Origin: Paraphysomonas bandaiensis | Taxonomy: Eukaryota; Protista; Chrysophyceae | NCBI GenBank assembly: GCA_965644295.1 | Contig: CBFFRP010000231.1 | Span: forward strand, 62,001-126,000 | DNA length: 64,000 nt | Direction of reading: 5' to 3' | The notes under the pieces: generated by a model | Database searches by the model: none | Seen by the model: the letters and a program-made list of their open reading frames with translations, nothing else | Told to the model about the DNA's origin: nothing | Part shown: positions 1-10,799 of the stretch, piece after piece | Numbering within the stretch: the stretch's first letter is position 1 | Layout of the letters: the number at the start of each line of letters is the position of its first letter | Translations under genes and position numbers: made by a program

Positions 1-2
1 TC

Positions 3-1838
3 ATCATTGCTGAGTACAAAGGCAAACGCTATCCACTAACAAAGCTGAGTCAGTCTGCAAGGCGTTCTGATTACATAGTTCAAGACAGTACTGGTACCTT
101 CGCAATAGATGGCTTTGACCAAGTCCGACAATGTGTAACATGCGAAGCTGGGTATATTAATGACCCCCTAGCCACAAACATGGCTAATGTCAAGTTTGTC
201 ACGAAAAATAAACGCCTCTATGTCCGTACAATACGTCCCATTGCTAAGGATGAAGAACTTCTCATCAACTACGGGCATCATTACTGGTGTGATCAACGCT
301 GGCCACTTGAGATATTAATCCAAGCCAGGGCTGCGTACGACAGCGACATAGGCGGTGCCAATAAAGCAGTATGGGACAGACTCCTTGCAGACAAGAGTGG
401 AACTCCTACAGAGACCTCCAGCAGCATCCCCAAGGCTCCCTCGGGAGCAGCCATGGGACTCCGACTCTCCACATGGAACACAAATGGCAATCCGGCATCT
501 CACACAGGCAAAGTCCAAGCTATCATCCGACACTTTAAGCGGCAAAAATTGGACGTGCTCCTATTACAGGATGTCCGTCTAACAGAAACTCAGGCCAACT
601 TCTTCACACGTATCATAGAAGATGCAATCCAGGGATCAAGAATATGCCTCTTCCTCAGCAAGCAGCCAAAACTGACTTCAAGAGACCCACTAATGGGGGG
701 TACAGTAGTCATAATCAGCGAATACTGGAAGCGCCGTCTCGCCTTCACAAAGGCTGACTTTACGGGACTTGGTTTAGTGAGCCGACTAGAGTTCAAAACG
801 TCGGTGGCGCACACCCTAGTACTAATAAGCGTCTATCTACCCCCGAAGCCATCCACGCCAGGCTCTTGCACATTATGGAGCAAATTGACCAAGCTAGGGA
901 GAGCGTCCCGTGGTATCTGTACTGCTGACCCCTACAAGCTCCTATGCAACATCCTTACGAAATGGGTCACTAAAGCCAGAGCCAAGGACCATACTGTCAT
1001 TGTCGCCGGCGACTTCAATGGCTCCATGGAGACAAATCCGAAAGGCAGAGACATACGACCACTTGCCGACAAACTCCAACTGGCTGCACCACTCCATGAG
1101 CTTCTCCTACCCAGGAAAACATATCATACCTTCCACAGATTAGACAAAGGAATATCGCGGATCGATCATATTCTACACACGCCGTTACTTCCGAACATGT
1201 CTGTTACGGACACTGGCTGCCTTGACTCCCCTCACTACTCGCAGCAGCCTTCGATCATCGACCGGTCTGGGTCGGTTTCACTGTACCAGTCAATCTTGAC
1301 CCTCGACCACCTGAGTCGCACCTCCGAATCCCCCCGTCTCAATGTAAACCCGAAGGACTCCAAGGAAGTACAGGCATACACCGCAAGACTCCTCCAACTT
1401 CATGCACAACTACCACATTTAGACAACGGATCGTCTGCCATACTCCCTCCTGAGGTGGCAGCCAACAGACTAGCGGCCATCCATCACATAACCCTCCAGG
1501 CTTCGCTTGAAGCGAAGCGTCCTGCATGTACTTATAGCACACGACTACACGAACGTTGTCAGCGCAAACGCTCAAAGTTCAAGAATGGCTTTTCCCCGGA
1601 AATGAGAGTAATACAGGAAGGAATGATCATGGTTTTGCGGATTATCCAAAAGATGTTCAATTCTGCCGGATACAAACGGCATGGATGGCGCGGCCCCCGG
1701 CAACCACCCCCACCCACGAAATCATCACTGCATGGTTCATCCGATGGGACTCCTATCTCAGGAGTTCTCAGGGTCACATCAAAGGCATATCAGACATCAA
1801 CTTCTGGTGCAGCCATCGCAACGCGGACCCACGAGTAA
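3..1838 (+). CDS. Retrotransposon polyprotein, N-terminal part: SET domain plus APE endonuclease (open from the window start; frameshifted near 1230, 1333 and 1696)
   Basis: The frame is open from position 3 (IIAEYKGKRY...AIDGFDQ...AGYINDPLATNMANVKF...LYVRTIRPIAKDEELLINYGHHYW) and continues without a stop into EEP/APE motifs. Confidence 0.85.
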   Translation: MIAEYKGKRYPLTKLSQSARRSDYIVQDSTGTFAIDGFDQVRQCVTCEAGYINDPLATNMANVKFVTKNKRLYVRTIRPIAKDEELLINYGHHYWCDQRWPLEILIQARAAYDSDIGGANKAVWDRLLADKSGTPTETSSSIPKAPSGAAMGLRLSTWNTNGNPASHTGKVQAIIRHFKRQKLDVLLLQDVRLTETQANFFTRIIEDAIQGSRICLFLSKQPKLTSRDPLMGGTVVIISEYWKRRLAFTKADFTGLGLVSRLEFKTSVAHTLVLISVYLPPKPSTPGSCTLWSKLTKLGRASRGICTADPYKLLCNILTKWVTKARAKDHTVIVAGDFNGSMETNPKGRDIRPLADKLQLAAPLHELLLPRKTYHTFHRLDKGISRIDHILHTPLLPNMSVTDTGCLDSPHYSQQPSIIDRSGSVSLYQSILTLDHLSRTSESPRLNVNPKDSKEVQAYTARLLQLHAQLPHLDNGSSAILPPEVAANRLAAIHHITLQASLEAKRPACTYSTRLHERCQRKRSKFKNGFSPEMRVIQEGMIMVLRIIQKMFNSAGYKRHGWRGPRQPPPPTKSSLHGSSDGTPISGVLRVTSKAYQTSTSGAAIATRTHE

Positions 1839-4800
1839 TCCTGGGTTGGAACGAAAAGCAAGCCACCAAGAAAAACCTTCTCCGAATTGCCTTGCGACTG
1901 AGAGGACTTCTTCATGGAAGAGCCAGGACAGAAATGCGGACTAGACTCACGGCTCGCACCAATCAGATGGAGGCACTGCTACAGCAGAAAAGACTTCAAG
2001 CAATTCTTCAGAAAATTGGTCTCAAGGTCAAAACACCACTCCGACTTACCACGGTGAAAGCAACTGACGGACACATCCTCACAACACCGCAAGACATTCA
2101 TGAAGGCATTAATGCGCACTTCCGTGAACATCATGCCAAACCTCCTGGACTTGACCCTGTAGCACAACAGCTCCAGGATGACCCTACATGGTGGAAATCC
2201 CTTCTTGATCCGGGCTCAGCGACATGCCAGGAACCACTCCACCCCCGCTCGAAAATCCCTCTTCCCCTGCAACTGGGGTTACGACGGGCCCTTTGTACCA
2301 AGACCACTCCGGCCATGGCAGCCACACTCAAATCTACTCTTGCAAAAGACATCACCCAGGATGAATTCTACTGCACACTTCACTCTCTCTCCTTCAACCG
2401 CGCGCCTGGACCCTCAATGGTCTCCTCCAACATGGTCAAATCCTGGCCACCGGTAGTTCAGCGAGAGGCTTACATCCTCACCAGATCTCTCTGGAAACAT
2501 AAACATGTGCCCATTTGGTGGAGAGACAGGGTAATGTCTCCCATTCTCAAGAAACCAGGAGAATCCTCCCTCACTAATCTCCGACCGATTGGTCTGCTTG
2601 AAGTCAGTAGGAAAATATTAACAAGGATAATCACTCATAGAATTCTTACCGTATGGGAGGAACAGAAAGTTTTGCATCCGTCCCAGCATGGTTATCGCTG
2701 GAGGAACGGGACTGACACAGCGATACTAAGGGTACTCGCGGCTGCAGAAGAAGCAAGACGAAAAGGCGACCAGCATATATGTACACTCTGGGACTTCAAG
2801 AAGGCCTTCGACTCAATTGCGCCTAACCTCATGCGTCTCGCGTGGGCACGACTGGGCGTTCCGGACGATGTAGTTGACTGGTTTGGCAACTTAGATGCCG
2901 GCGGTCTAACATTTCCCTGGACACCATTCATGGCAAACAACATAGAGCCACGTTCTCTCCTTGACCTCCTGTCCGCAGACGGCCACTTCATTGCACTATT
3001 CAGTCTGGGTTTCGAAGCCGAAAGGGGTATCACCCAAGGGGGCACAGAATCCACATGCGCCTGGGTGGCACTCTACGACATCCTTCTCACGTGGCTGGAC
3101 ATTGAACTGTCAACAACGAGTCCAACGTTACCAACTATTCAACTCACGACTCCGACTACCGGCGAAATAAAGATCTCCTTCGCGGATGATCTTAACACAA
3201 TAGCTAAATCCATACACGCTGCCCAACTCATTGCCCAACAAATATCTGCGTTCTGCGTACTTTCGGGAATGGAACTCTCTATCCCCAAAGTAGTTTGCAC
3301 AGTGTTTCCGATCCTACAAGATTCCAACAAGTCCTCCGACCCCATTGGCTACATCATTCTCTACGACTGGTCGTGGCGTCCACACCCAGTCCCTATCCAA
3401 ACATCACTAGAGTCGATACATTACCTCGGAGCAGACCTTCCTCTCACAATCACAGACAAGGCCTCCCATGATTGGTGTCTAAAATACCTGAAAGTCGTGA
3501 CCACACACCTAGGGATTAAACAGGCCTCAGCCGGCTGTAAAGTCATGGTTATCGAGACCCAAATCATACCGACTTTGCTCTATAGAGCCACCAAAGCTTC
3601 ATGGCCGCTACACTGGTACAGAGAAATTGACGCTGCTTGCGCAACCCTCTACAGAAAGGCCCTCAGTCTAGGCCCTGGATACCCCACGGAACTGATCTAC
3701 CTCTCACTCAAGCACAACGGATTAGGTATGAAACGTTTCTCAGACTCGGCGCAGGAGCAAAAATGGGGATCTCTACAGCGCGCAATAACCCTCGGGGGAG
3801 AAGCAGGTCAAGCAGCACATTTTCTACTCACTCAGACAACAGAGCCACAGCCCCAATACCACCACTATGTTCTCAGCCTCAGGGAATGGGGAACGGAATT
3901 GGGCCTTACCCTTCAGCAACCTGAGCCCCCCGAACCACAGGATGAACACATGCTGACCAATCTAAAACAAGAACTCGGCCTTAATAGCGTCCAACCAGAT
4001 ACTTTCAAGGCAATCTTCACAGATGGATCATACACAGCCAGTGCGCTCTCCACGCGTCGCCTCACTCATGTCAATCCGCGAACACGATGGACACACCGAG
4101 GAGGTGCAGCGGTCGTCTACTTACCCCCAGAAAATGCCTGGGAAGATGGTACAACCATAATACTACGACTAGATACACCCTTTCGTGATGTGCCAGGTTT
4201 GGACTCATACGCATATGAACTCATAGGCACAGCCATGGGGCTTATACTCTCAACACGCATTCCCGAACACATAAGAAGCCACACAGACTGTCAGGCAGTG
4301 TGCACCCGTACTGAGGAAGCACTCTCCACAAGACGCAGAGCTCTCGGTCACCGTGCAAAAGGGGTACTACTCGAAAGCATCGCGGCCAGTAGAGATTGCA
4401 AACGACAGGTGACCTGGGTGAGGTCCCATCCCGAACGACGTACCACAGATGAAACGGAGTGGACGTTTGAGGACAAGGGCATCTATATTGCGGACGCAGT
4501 CGCGGGTGAAGACTGGCATGAAGTCGATCGCATCCTTGGAAAAAATAACTACACTGTCTGTACAATTGCGATTGACAGTGCCATTGAACGCTTACTAACC
4601 GCTGGATTATGGCACTGGCGTTTGCACAGTACAAGACGGCCATACTACTCTAGCCCACTCCTTACTGATTTCCAAGATCTCTGCGACCTAAGGACACTTG
4701 AGAACTACACTTCAACCAGAGATCAACGCTACGGAAACAATCCTGATCGAGCGCCTGGCTACTGGACCAATAGCGGAGTACACCTCCCGCGCAAACTAGC

Positions 4801-5749
4801 TCAAGCGGATGGCAGTGCATCCAAAGACAAACTCAGCTCAAATCTACGCCAAAGAATTCTCAACACGGCACTGACATGGGACAAATCTTTCTGCATAGGG
4901 AGGAACCGGGCCAAAACCAAACAGGGGCTTGACCTGACCAAAGCCGCATGCTCTGACTGCGGGTTTCGACTAGATTCCCTAAAACATATGTGCCTCGACT
5001 GCACACATGAATCCATCACCCAAATAAGGGAAACTGCATTTCAATCGCATAAAAATGTGCTACACGAAATACAGAGAACTCAGAACTTACCCAACTGGAT
5101 CACATCTGCACTACGGAGACTCTCCAGCAGAGCCTGGAATCCCTCCATCCCACAGGTCGAGAGATACTGGACTGGAACCATCACAGCAGCCCAACTGGAA
5201 ACGGTCTTCGGAGATGACATACACAACCACCTGACGGCTCACAGTCTACGGAACCTAGAAACAGTGGTTATTAATCTCCTGCAACCGCTTTACACTGCAG
5301 CGAAGCTTATGTTACAGGATCGCGGTTGTCGCTATATCACCATGTCCAAAAGGCCGCCCAGGCTACTCCCGAGACCCCGTCCGAAACGCAGTCAGTCAAG
5401 ACAACGTCCGAGAGTCCTTCGACTACTAGGGGTCCAACGAAGACCCCCCACAGCGTATCCGACTCCAGACACACGTGCACACCTCACAGGTCCTACCCGA
5501 CAGAGCACTGGACTGCCCAGACCTCCACAACGCCGACGGCTTCGACAACTCTATCTACACCCGCGGCCCCACAGGAGCACAGTAACACATACTACAAACC
5601 CAACTCCTCCTCCCAACAATCCCCACCACTCCCAACCCACACATCTGGAACTAGGTGCACTCAGGACCCTAATTCAGAATGCTGAGCCCCCTCCAAAACC
5701 AATGGAGACCCATCCCAAAGGGAGACCCCCAGATCAAAAGCGCCGGTGA
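1696..5749 (+). CDS. Retrotransposon polyprotein, C-terminal part: reverse transcriptase, RNase H, CCHC zinc finger, basic Pro-rich tail
   Basis: ORF 1556..5749 contains canonical non-LTR RT motifs (DFKKAFDSI, GITQG, FADD), RNase H acidic residues (DGS/E/D/D) and CxxC-x7-H-x4-C. Confidence 0.93.
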
Positions 5750-5795
5750 GTCCACGGACACACGATAAAGGCGAATTTCATATCACACAAAAAGA

Positions 5796-6050
5796 ACGGA
5801 AGTGGTTGCACCTTGGTGCTTGCGGCGACGCACAAGCAGCTTTCGTAGCGTTAAATAGTAGGATAAAAGAGTTTGTATTGATTAGTTACGGGTAGTGGTC
5901 TAACTAGTATGACTAGCATTCTTCTAGCCACTAATTGATGCAAGGTCTCAACGCCTATTGCTAAATAATCAGACATTCACTACTGTTTAGTAGGGATGGT
6001 TGCACCAAGGTGCTTGCAGCAATGCACAAGCAGTCCCGAGATAACTGAGC
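5796..6050 (+). repeat. Structured 3' UTR of the retrotransposon, with a partially duplicated GGTTGCACC..GGTGCTTGC-GNRA-GCACAAGCAG unit
   Basis: The unit occurs at ~5803-5840 and ~5997-6034, with homologous copies at ~19535 and ~40085. Confidence 0.8.
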
Positions 6051-6734
6051 ATTTCATATTCTGTGTTACAATTAGTCTAAAGTAATAGATAGATAAATGC
6101 AACAAGTTCTCTCATGTAATAATCAGATCTATTATATAACATGTTTAGCATTTACATCACATGTATAATATACACCATCACCTAGTTTGTGTACATTTAC
6201 TGTTACTCGTTTCCTGGCCATTCTCTTGCTTCGGAGAACACTCTTTTTACCAGCTGAAATTTTTTGCTTTGCTGTAGCATGGACCTTACTTGGCCCTTCT
6301 CAGGTGTACCCTGATTTCCCCAATTTCCCGATGAATCAGCAGGCTTGTAACAGCGTTTGTGGCCACACGCTGACACACACGATCCACTTGACTGTGTGGT
6401 GCCGGATTCGGCACTAGATTCCTATTGAATTGTTTCGAAGGGCGAGTCTTCGCTATCTTTGCATCGGAGTGGGTAGGTTCATTTCGATGGCTGCTGATTC
6501 TCTCCTGCGCGGCATCATGATGTCTTAGATTCACGCCACTCCCCCTGGAAGTAGCGGCTGGCGCTGGAGATCCATTAACTGTATCGGGGTCTCGATCTGA
6601 TTTAAGTCGATGTGATCGTGAAACCTGGTAAAGCGATTTCACCAGGTTTCATATATGGAAAGTGTCATATAAGTACTTATTTGAAGACTAGGGTTAATGT
6701 TAATTACAATATAGTTGTTGTATATTTTCAATAA

Positions 6735-7454
6735 TACCAAACAAATGTTACTTTTCCTACATCATTTACAGGTCTCCCAACTGCTTTTAACGGTCAAGAT
6801 GTTTTTGATACTCATATTACTAAGTCTTATTCTGGTGGAAGTGGTTCAACTGCTTATGCCAATGGAAATTATAACTTAATTTGTTCTTCATATGGTAAAT
6901 ATACTGGAATCGATCCTTTAAATTCATGCAATTTATTATTCGATGATAGTAATGAGACGTTCTGGGGAAATAACAGATATAACAGCGGACGAAATGGTAT
7001 TGACAATTACAGAGATGGCGTTTTTCATGCTATGCCTTCTGGTGAAGCTTATGATGATACAACAGGTAATTACATTGGTAGTAATGGAACAGATTATTAT
7101 TTTTCAACTACATATGATACATCTCAATCAATAGATGGTGAATGGGTTCAAGTAGAGTTACCTTATAAAATCCGTTTAACATCTATTTCAACTCAAGAAA
7201 GAAGCACAGCACAAGAGAGAACAATGAAAGCATGCTATATATTGGGGTCTGATGATGGCACAACTTGGAATTATATTGATGATGTAGCATTTCCAGGCAC
7301 TCAAGATTCAACTTTGTTTACTGAAGCAGTTACAACAACTAAAAGATATTCAATTATAAGAATTGTTATTGCCTCAGCAGGTTATATTATGTTCAATACT
7401 ATTAATTTTAGATTAACAGGTGATACATGGAGTTTAGATTCAACAACTGAATGA
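6735..7454 (+). pseudogene. 5'-truncated F5/8 type C (discoidin/galactose-binding-like) domain protein of probable viral origin
   Basis: The frame is open from 6735 (YQTNVTFP...YANGNYNLICSS...LFDDSNETFWG) into GEWVQVELPYKIRLTS...ILGSDDGTTWNYID...YSIIRIVI. It is AT-rich, intronless and lacks an upstream start. Confidence 0.6.
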
Positions 7455-7559
7455 TAAGTTCAAGCATTTCTTTATCATACTTTAAAGAAAGGAACCGATT
7501 TTTTAAAACTATTTTGTATATTGTTTGTTGCATGTAGTTTGTTTAATCTTCTTTTCTTT

Positions 7560-7850
7560 TCCTTTACAACACCAACATCAACACCATCACCGTTACTACA
7601 CCGTCACCACTTGTGTTACTACACCATCACCGTTACTACACCATTACCACTTGTGTTACTACACCATCATCACTTGTGTTACTACACCATCATCAACACC
7701 ATCACCGTTACAACACCATTACAACTCTGGCATTATGGCATTGGCTTTTTATAACATAAACTATATAATAAATTTTATTTTATAACTTTTTCTAATTTTC
7801 ATAAAAGCCAAAATGCCAGAAAGCCAAAATGCCAGAAAGCCAAAATCATA
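7560..7850. repeat. Imperfect short tandem repeats (TTACTACACCATCAC-like) followed by inverted and tandem GCCAAAATGCCAGAAA units
   Basis: Recurrent ttactacaccatcac/ttgtgttactacacc at 7565-7722. tctggcattatggcattggctttt (7726-7750) is an imperfect inverted copy of aaaagccaaaatgccaga (7803-7846, itself tandemly repeated). Confidence 0.7.
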
Positions 7851-8059
7851 TTTTAATTTTATTATAAGATAATTATTTAATATTATATAAAGTAATTAGT
7901 TTATATTTAAAGTATAGTATTATTAATATTATTATATAAGCTATAATAATTATAGAGTAAAAAGGAAGAGTAATAAAACGAATGTTTTATTACGATAGGA
8001 GAGCCTTTCCGGCTCAGGAGGAATGCCTAAGCGGCACAAGCGTCCCTCGGCCCTTCTTC

Positions 8060-8350
8060 CTCTCTGTGTGTGATTCAGCATTCGCATGTCATGAGGATGG
8101 CAAAGGACATACGGGACTCGTGGTTAAGGTAGGTGGCGCGACAGTTCTGTGCAAATCCTCGAAGCAAAGGATGGTCACGAAAGACTCGACAGAATCTGAA
8201 TTGGTGGGAATGTCAGATATGATGATGCAGGTGATACAGTGTGCAGATTTCATCAAGGGACAAGGATACGATATCGGCGCACCTGTGGTACTTCAAGACA
8301 ACACGTCAACTTTATCGCTTGTGATGAAAGGTGGTGGCAAGTATCGATAG
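8060..8350 (+). mobile_element. Ty1/copia retrotransposon RNase H fragment
   Basis: DSAFACHEDGKGHTG...KSSKQRMVTKDSTESELVG...LQDNTSTL matches the copia RNase H pattern (D...S.KQ..V..SSTEAE...DN.S). No RT or integrase is adjacent. Confidence 0.85.
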
Positions 8351-8794
8351 GAATTCTATTCTGCAGGTGTGAAGATCGTATAGGCATCCTTGGTATATTT
8401 TTGTTCAGAGATGCCTCTAATATAGAGACAACAATTATCTGTATTATTGTCGTAGTTGTATATCAGTAATATAGATAATATTTGATTCAATTTATTCCCG
8501 AAAAATAAGATGCTGACGGCGAGTTCACTTCGTGCTCCAAAAACAACATTTTTGATTTTTGAGTGCCCATATCTCACGACCACTATAAAGTCCAATATAA
8601 CGAAATGTTCAGTATTTAATGGACTATTTCGTGTTAAAACCGCAGTATTTCGATTGATGAAATAAAAAAGTTATGGAATTAAACATAAAAGACACTTTTT
8701 CATGCTTTTTTTCACGATTTTCGACCTTTCTCTTCTCTACAGCAAATTCCCATCACTCGTACAATAACTTAAAGTACATACACACTATACATCA

Positions 8795-10255
8795 ATGATA
8801 CATATCTTCCTATTTATCTTACCTTACCTCCACTATGTGGACTCCACTACACCCTATGATCTCTCTTCTAAATGGACTTATTATATAGAAGCAGCCAGAG
8901 AGCAGACATGGCCCTCATGTGCCTATCGTTTCCTCAGCTATTCATCCTCATGTAACACAGTAGATCTATATAACGCTGTTGGAATCAATCAGGAATGGTC
9001 ATTAATAGATGCTGGAGATGGAAACTTTTATTTAAAGTCCTCATGTGGGGGATATCTCAGTTACTCCGGTGACTGTGAGGCTCATGTAGTGGATATGTGG
9101 CCTCAAGCTGGTGTTAATCAAGCCTTTCGATTTGTTGTTGGTGATAATACTCAATTTGAGTATTATATAGAAGCGGTGGGGCGAGAGCAGTGTGACTATC
9201 GCTGGATGAGCTTTCCGGTATCCTGCACGACGAGCTCACCTGACATTGTCGACCTCTGGCACGCCACAGGTTCTGACCAGCGGTTCCGCTTGCACCCTGT
9301 GCGGTCGTCTTCACCAGTGTCATTACAACCTGTGGCAGATTATTCCTGTGCTGACCCTTATGCCTGGTACAGTACCGTCGATGATTTGTACGCTCTTCAG
9401 TGTACCGGCGGAGGCATATCTCTTGCATTCAGTGAGTCTATCGGTCCTGACGCTAATTTTAAGTACGCGGGGGACTCAATTGGCGGTAATCCTCCGGAAT
9501 GGGCAGCTAGTGGTGCCCGTTGGGCTCCAGAGAACACTTTTGATCCCTCCTCGGGAGCTAACTACTTGTTCTTCTCCGATTCGTCATCTTCCACAGGAGG
9601 CGTACACCGCATTGGGTACAGTGTCTCAGATACCGGTGTTACTGCCAATGCTTGGGATGAGTATTCTTCAACTCCTCTTGACCTCGGTAATACACCTGGT
9701 GGGGAGATCGACAGCACACTCTTCACAGATGAGGACGGGCGGCAGTATCTTTTATGGAAGAGCGATGATAATAACGTAGGCGAACCAGTGACTCGAATAT
9801 GGGCTCAGGAGGTGAAAGTGAGTAATTCAACGGTTCAACTGTTGGACTCAGCGAAAGTGGTGCTAGACTCCACAGGCATGTGGTGGGTGGACAGCTGGGT
9901 AGCAGGAGGGTCTCTGGTAGAGGGCCCTGAGGTGATAAAACGTAATGGTTATTACTTTTTGTTTTTTGCCGCGGGAAGGTATTGTGAAAACAGCTATTCT
10001 GAAGGAGTTGCCAGAAGCACAAGCATATGGGGCCCATACCAAAAATTACCCGTTCCTTTTTTATCTACTGGTATAGTTGGCGTATCTGAGGGAAAACAAC
10101 TTATTGGCCCTGGACACGGTTCCTTTCTCCAGGATATTGATTCGAAGGAATGGTACACCGTGTATCATGCAAGTTTGGATGACCAATGCAATCGACTGCC
10201 TTTCAGCGCAGCAGTGAAGTTTGGATATGACGACTGGCCGTATGCAGACTTTTAA
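8795..10255 (+). CDS. Secreted glycoside hydrolase family 43 with an N-terminal beta-trefoil (ricin/AbfB-like) module
   Basis: Hydrophobic signal peptide. Internally repeated N-terminal units (YYIEA..R...YR..S; DLW...G.NQ.F). GH43 motifs CADP, WAPE, EIDS, VEGP, GPGHGSF. Confidence 0.88.
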   Translation: MIHIFLFILPYLHYVDSTTPYDLSSKWTYYIEAAREQTWPSCAYRFLSYSSSCNTVDLYNAVGINQEWSLIDAGDGNFYLKSSCGGYLSYSGDCEAHVVDMWPQAGVNQAFRFVVGDNTQFEYYIEAVGREQCDYRWMSFPVSCTTSSPDIVDLWHATGSDQRFRLHPVRSSSPVSLQPVADYSCADPYAWYSTVDDLYALQCTGGGISLAFSESIGPDANFKYAGDSIGGNPPEWAASGARWAPENTFDPSSGANYLFFSDSSSSTGGVHRIGYSVSDTGVTANAWDEYSSTPLDLGNTPGGEIDSTLFTDEDGRQYLLWKSDDNNVGEPVTRIWAQEVKVSNSTVQLLDSAKVVLDSTGMWWVDSWVAGGSLVEGPEVIKRNGYYFLFFAAGRYCENSYSEGVARSTSIWGPYQKLPVPFLSTGIVGVSEGKQLIGPGHGSFLQDIDSKEWYTVYHASLDDQCNRLPFSAAVKFGYDDWPYADF

Positions 10256-10799
10256 TTCACTTGTATTGCATTATACGTATGAGTTGAAGTAGTTCAAAGC
10301 TGTTTCATTTACCGAATGATGCTCTGACTTTACCTGATGCGTTGTATATGATTCAAATAGAATGGTCACGAATGGCTTTTACCCCTAAAGCTGATGAAAA
10401 GTGGCAGATAATATGGGGTTATGCCCTTCACCCCGTAAATAATAACGATGTAATAAGTATTATTTAGTGACTCGTAACTCTTGACTGTAATTTCAACTAC
10501 AAAATAATTTATGTGTGAGCATACTATATATCTATATATAACAATACCAACGTTTAAGTAAACGAACAATGAGATAATGCAATACTGAGAGATACTGAAT
10601 GAACCATGAGCTATTTAATTGTCTGACATGAAGTCAAAGAACTACACAATATTATTTGTTTCACAGCCATCAATGCATAGCTCAGTGCTAAGCAATGTAA
10701 TGAACCATATCCTGACAACTGACAACGACAGTACTCACGCACAACGACGACGAATTTTTTTTTCAATTTCCTTCCTTTTCATCTAGCATTCATATAATT

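Larger units (their letters stand above)
1..6130 (+). mobile_element. Non-LTR retrotransposon (APE-RT-RNase H-CCHC type) with an N-terminal SET domain; 5' end outside the window, 3' end approximate
   Basis: Domains occur in order. SET: IAEYKG...AGYINDP...EELLINYGHHYW. APE: TWNTNG, LQD, SVYLPP, GDFNG, RIDH, plus DHRPVWV in the alternate frame. RT: APGPS, LRPIGLLE, QHGYR, DFKKAFDSI, GITQG, FADD. RNase H: FTDGS, YELIG, TDCQ, WVRSH, IADAVA. CCHC finger: CSDC...HMCLDC. Intronless and C-rich, unlike host genes. Confidence 0.92.

Noticed and set aside
293-5685. Short overlapping and antisense ORFs within the retrotransposon, coiled-coil, xylB and ABCG genes
   Set aside because: Shadow frames of real coding sequence, with no independent motifs.
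6618-6691. Helitron 3' end (hairpin followed by CTAG)
   Set aside because: The hairpin is ~35 nt from the CTAG and the following base is not T. No Rep/helicase evidence.
7560-7725. CRISPR-like or telomeric repeats, and His/Thr-rich ORFs
   Set aside because: Irregular short tandem repeats with no spacers or fixed telomere unit. The ORFs are low-complexity by-products.
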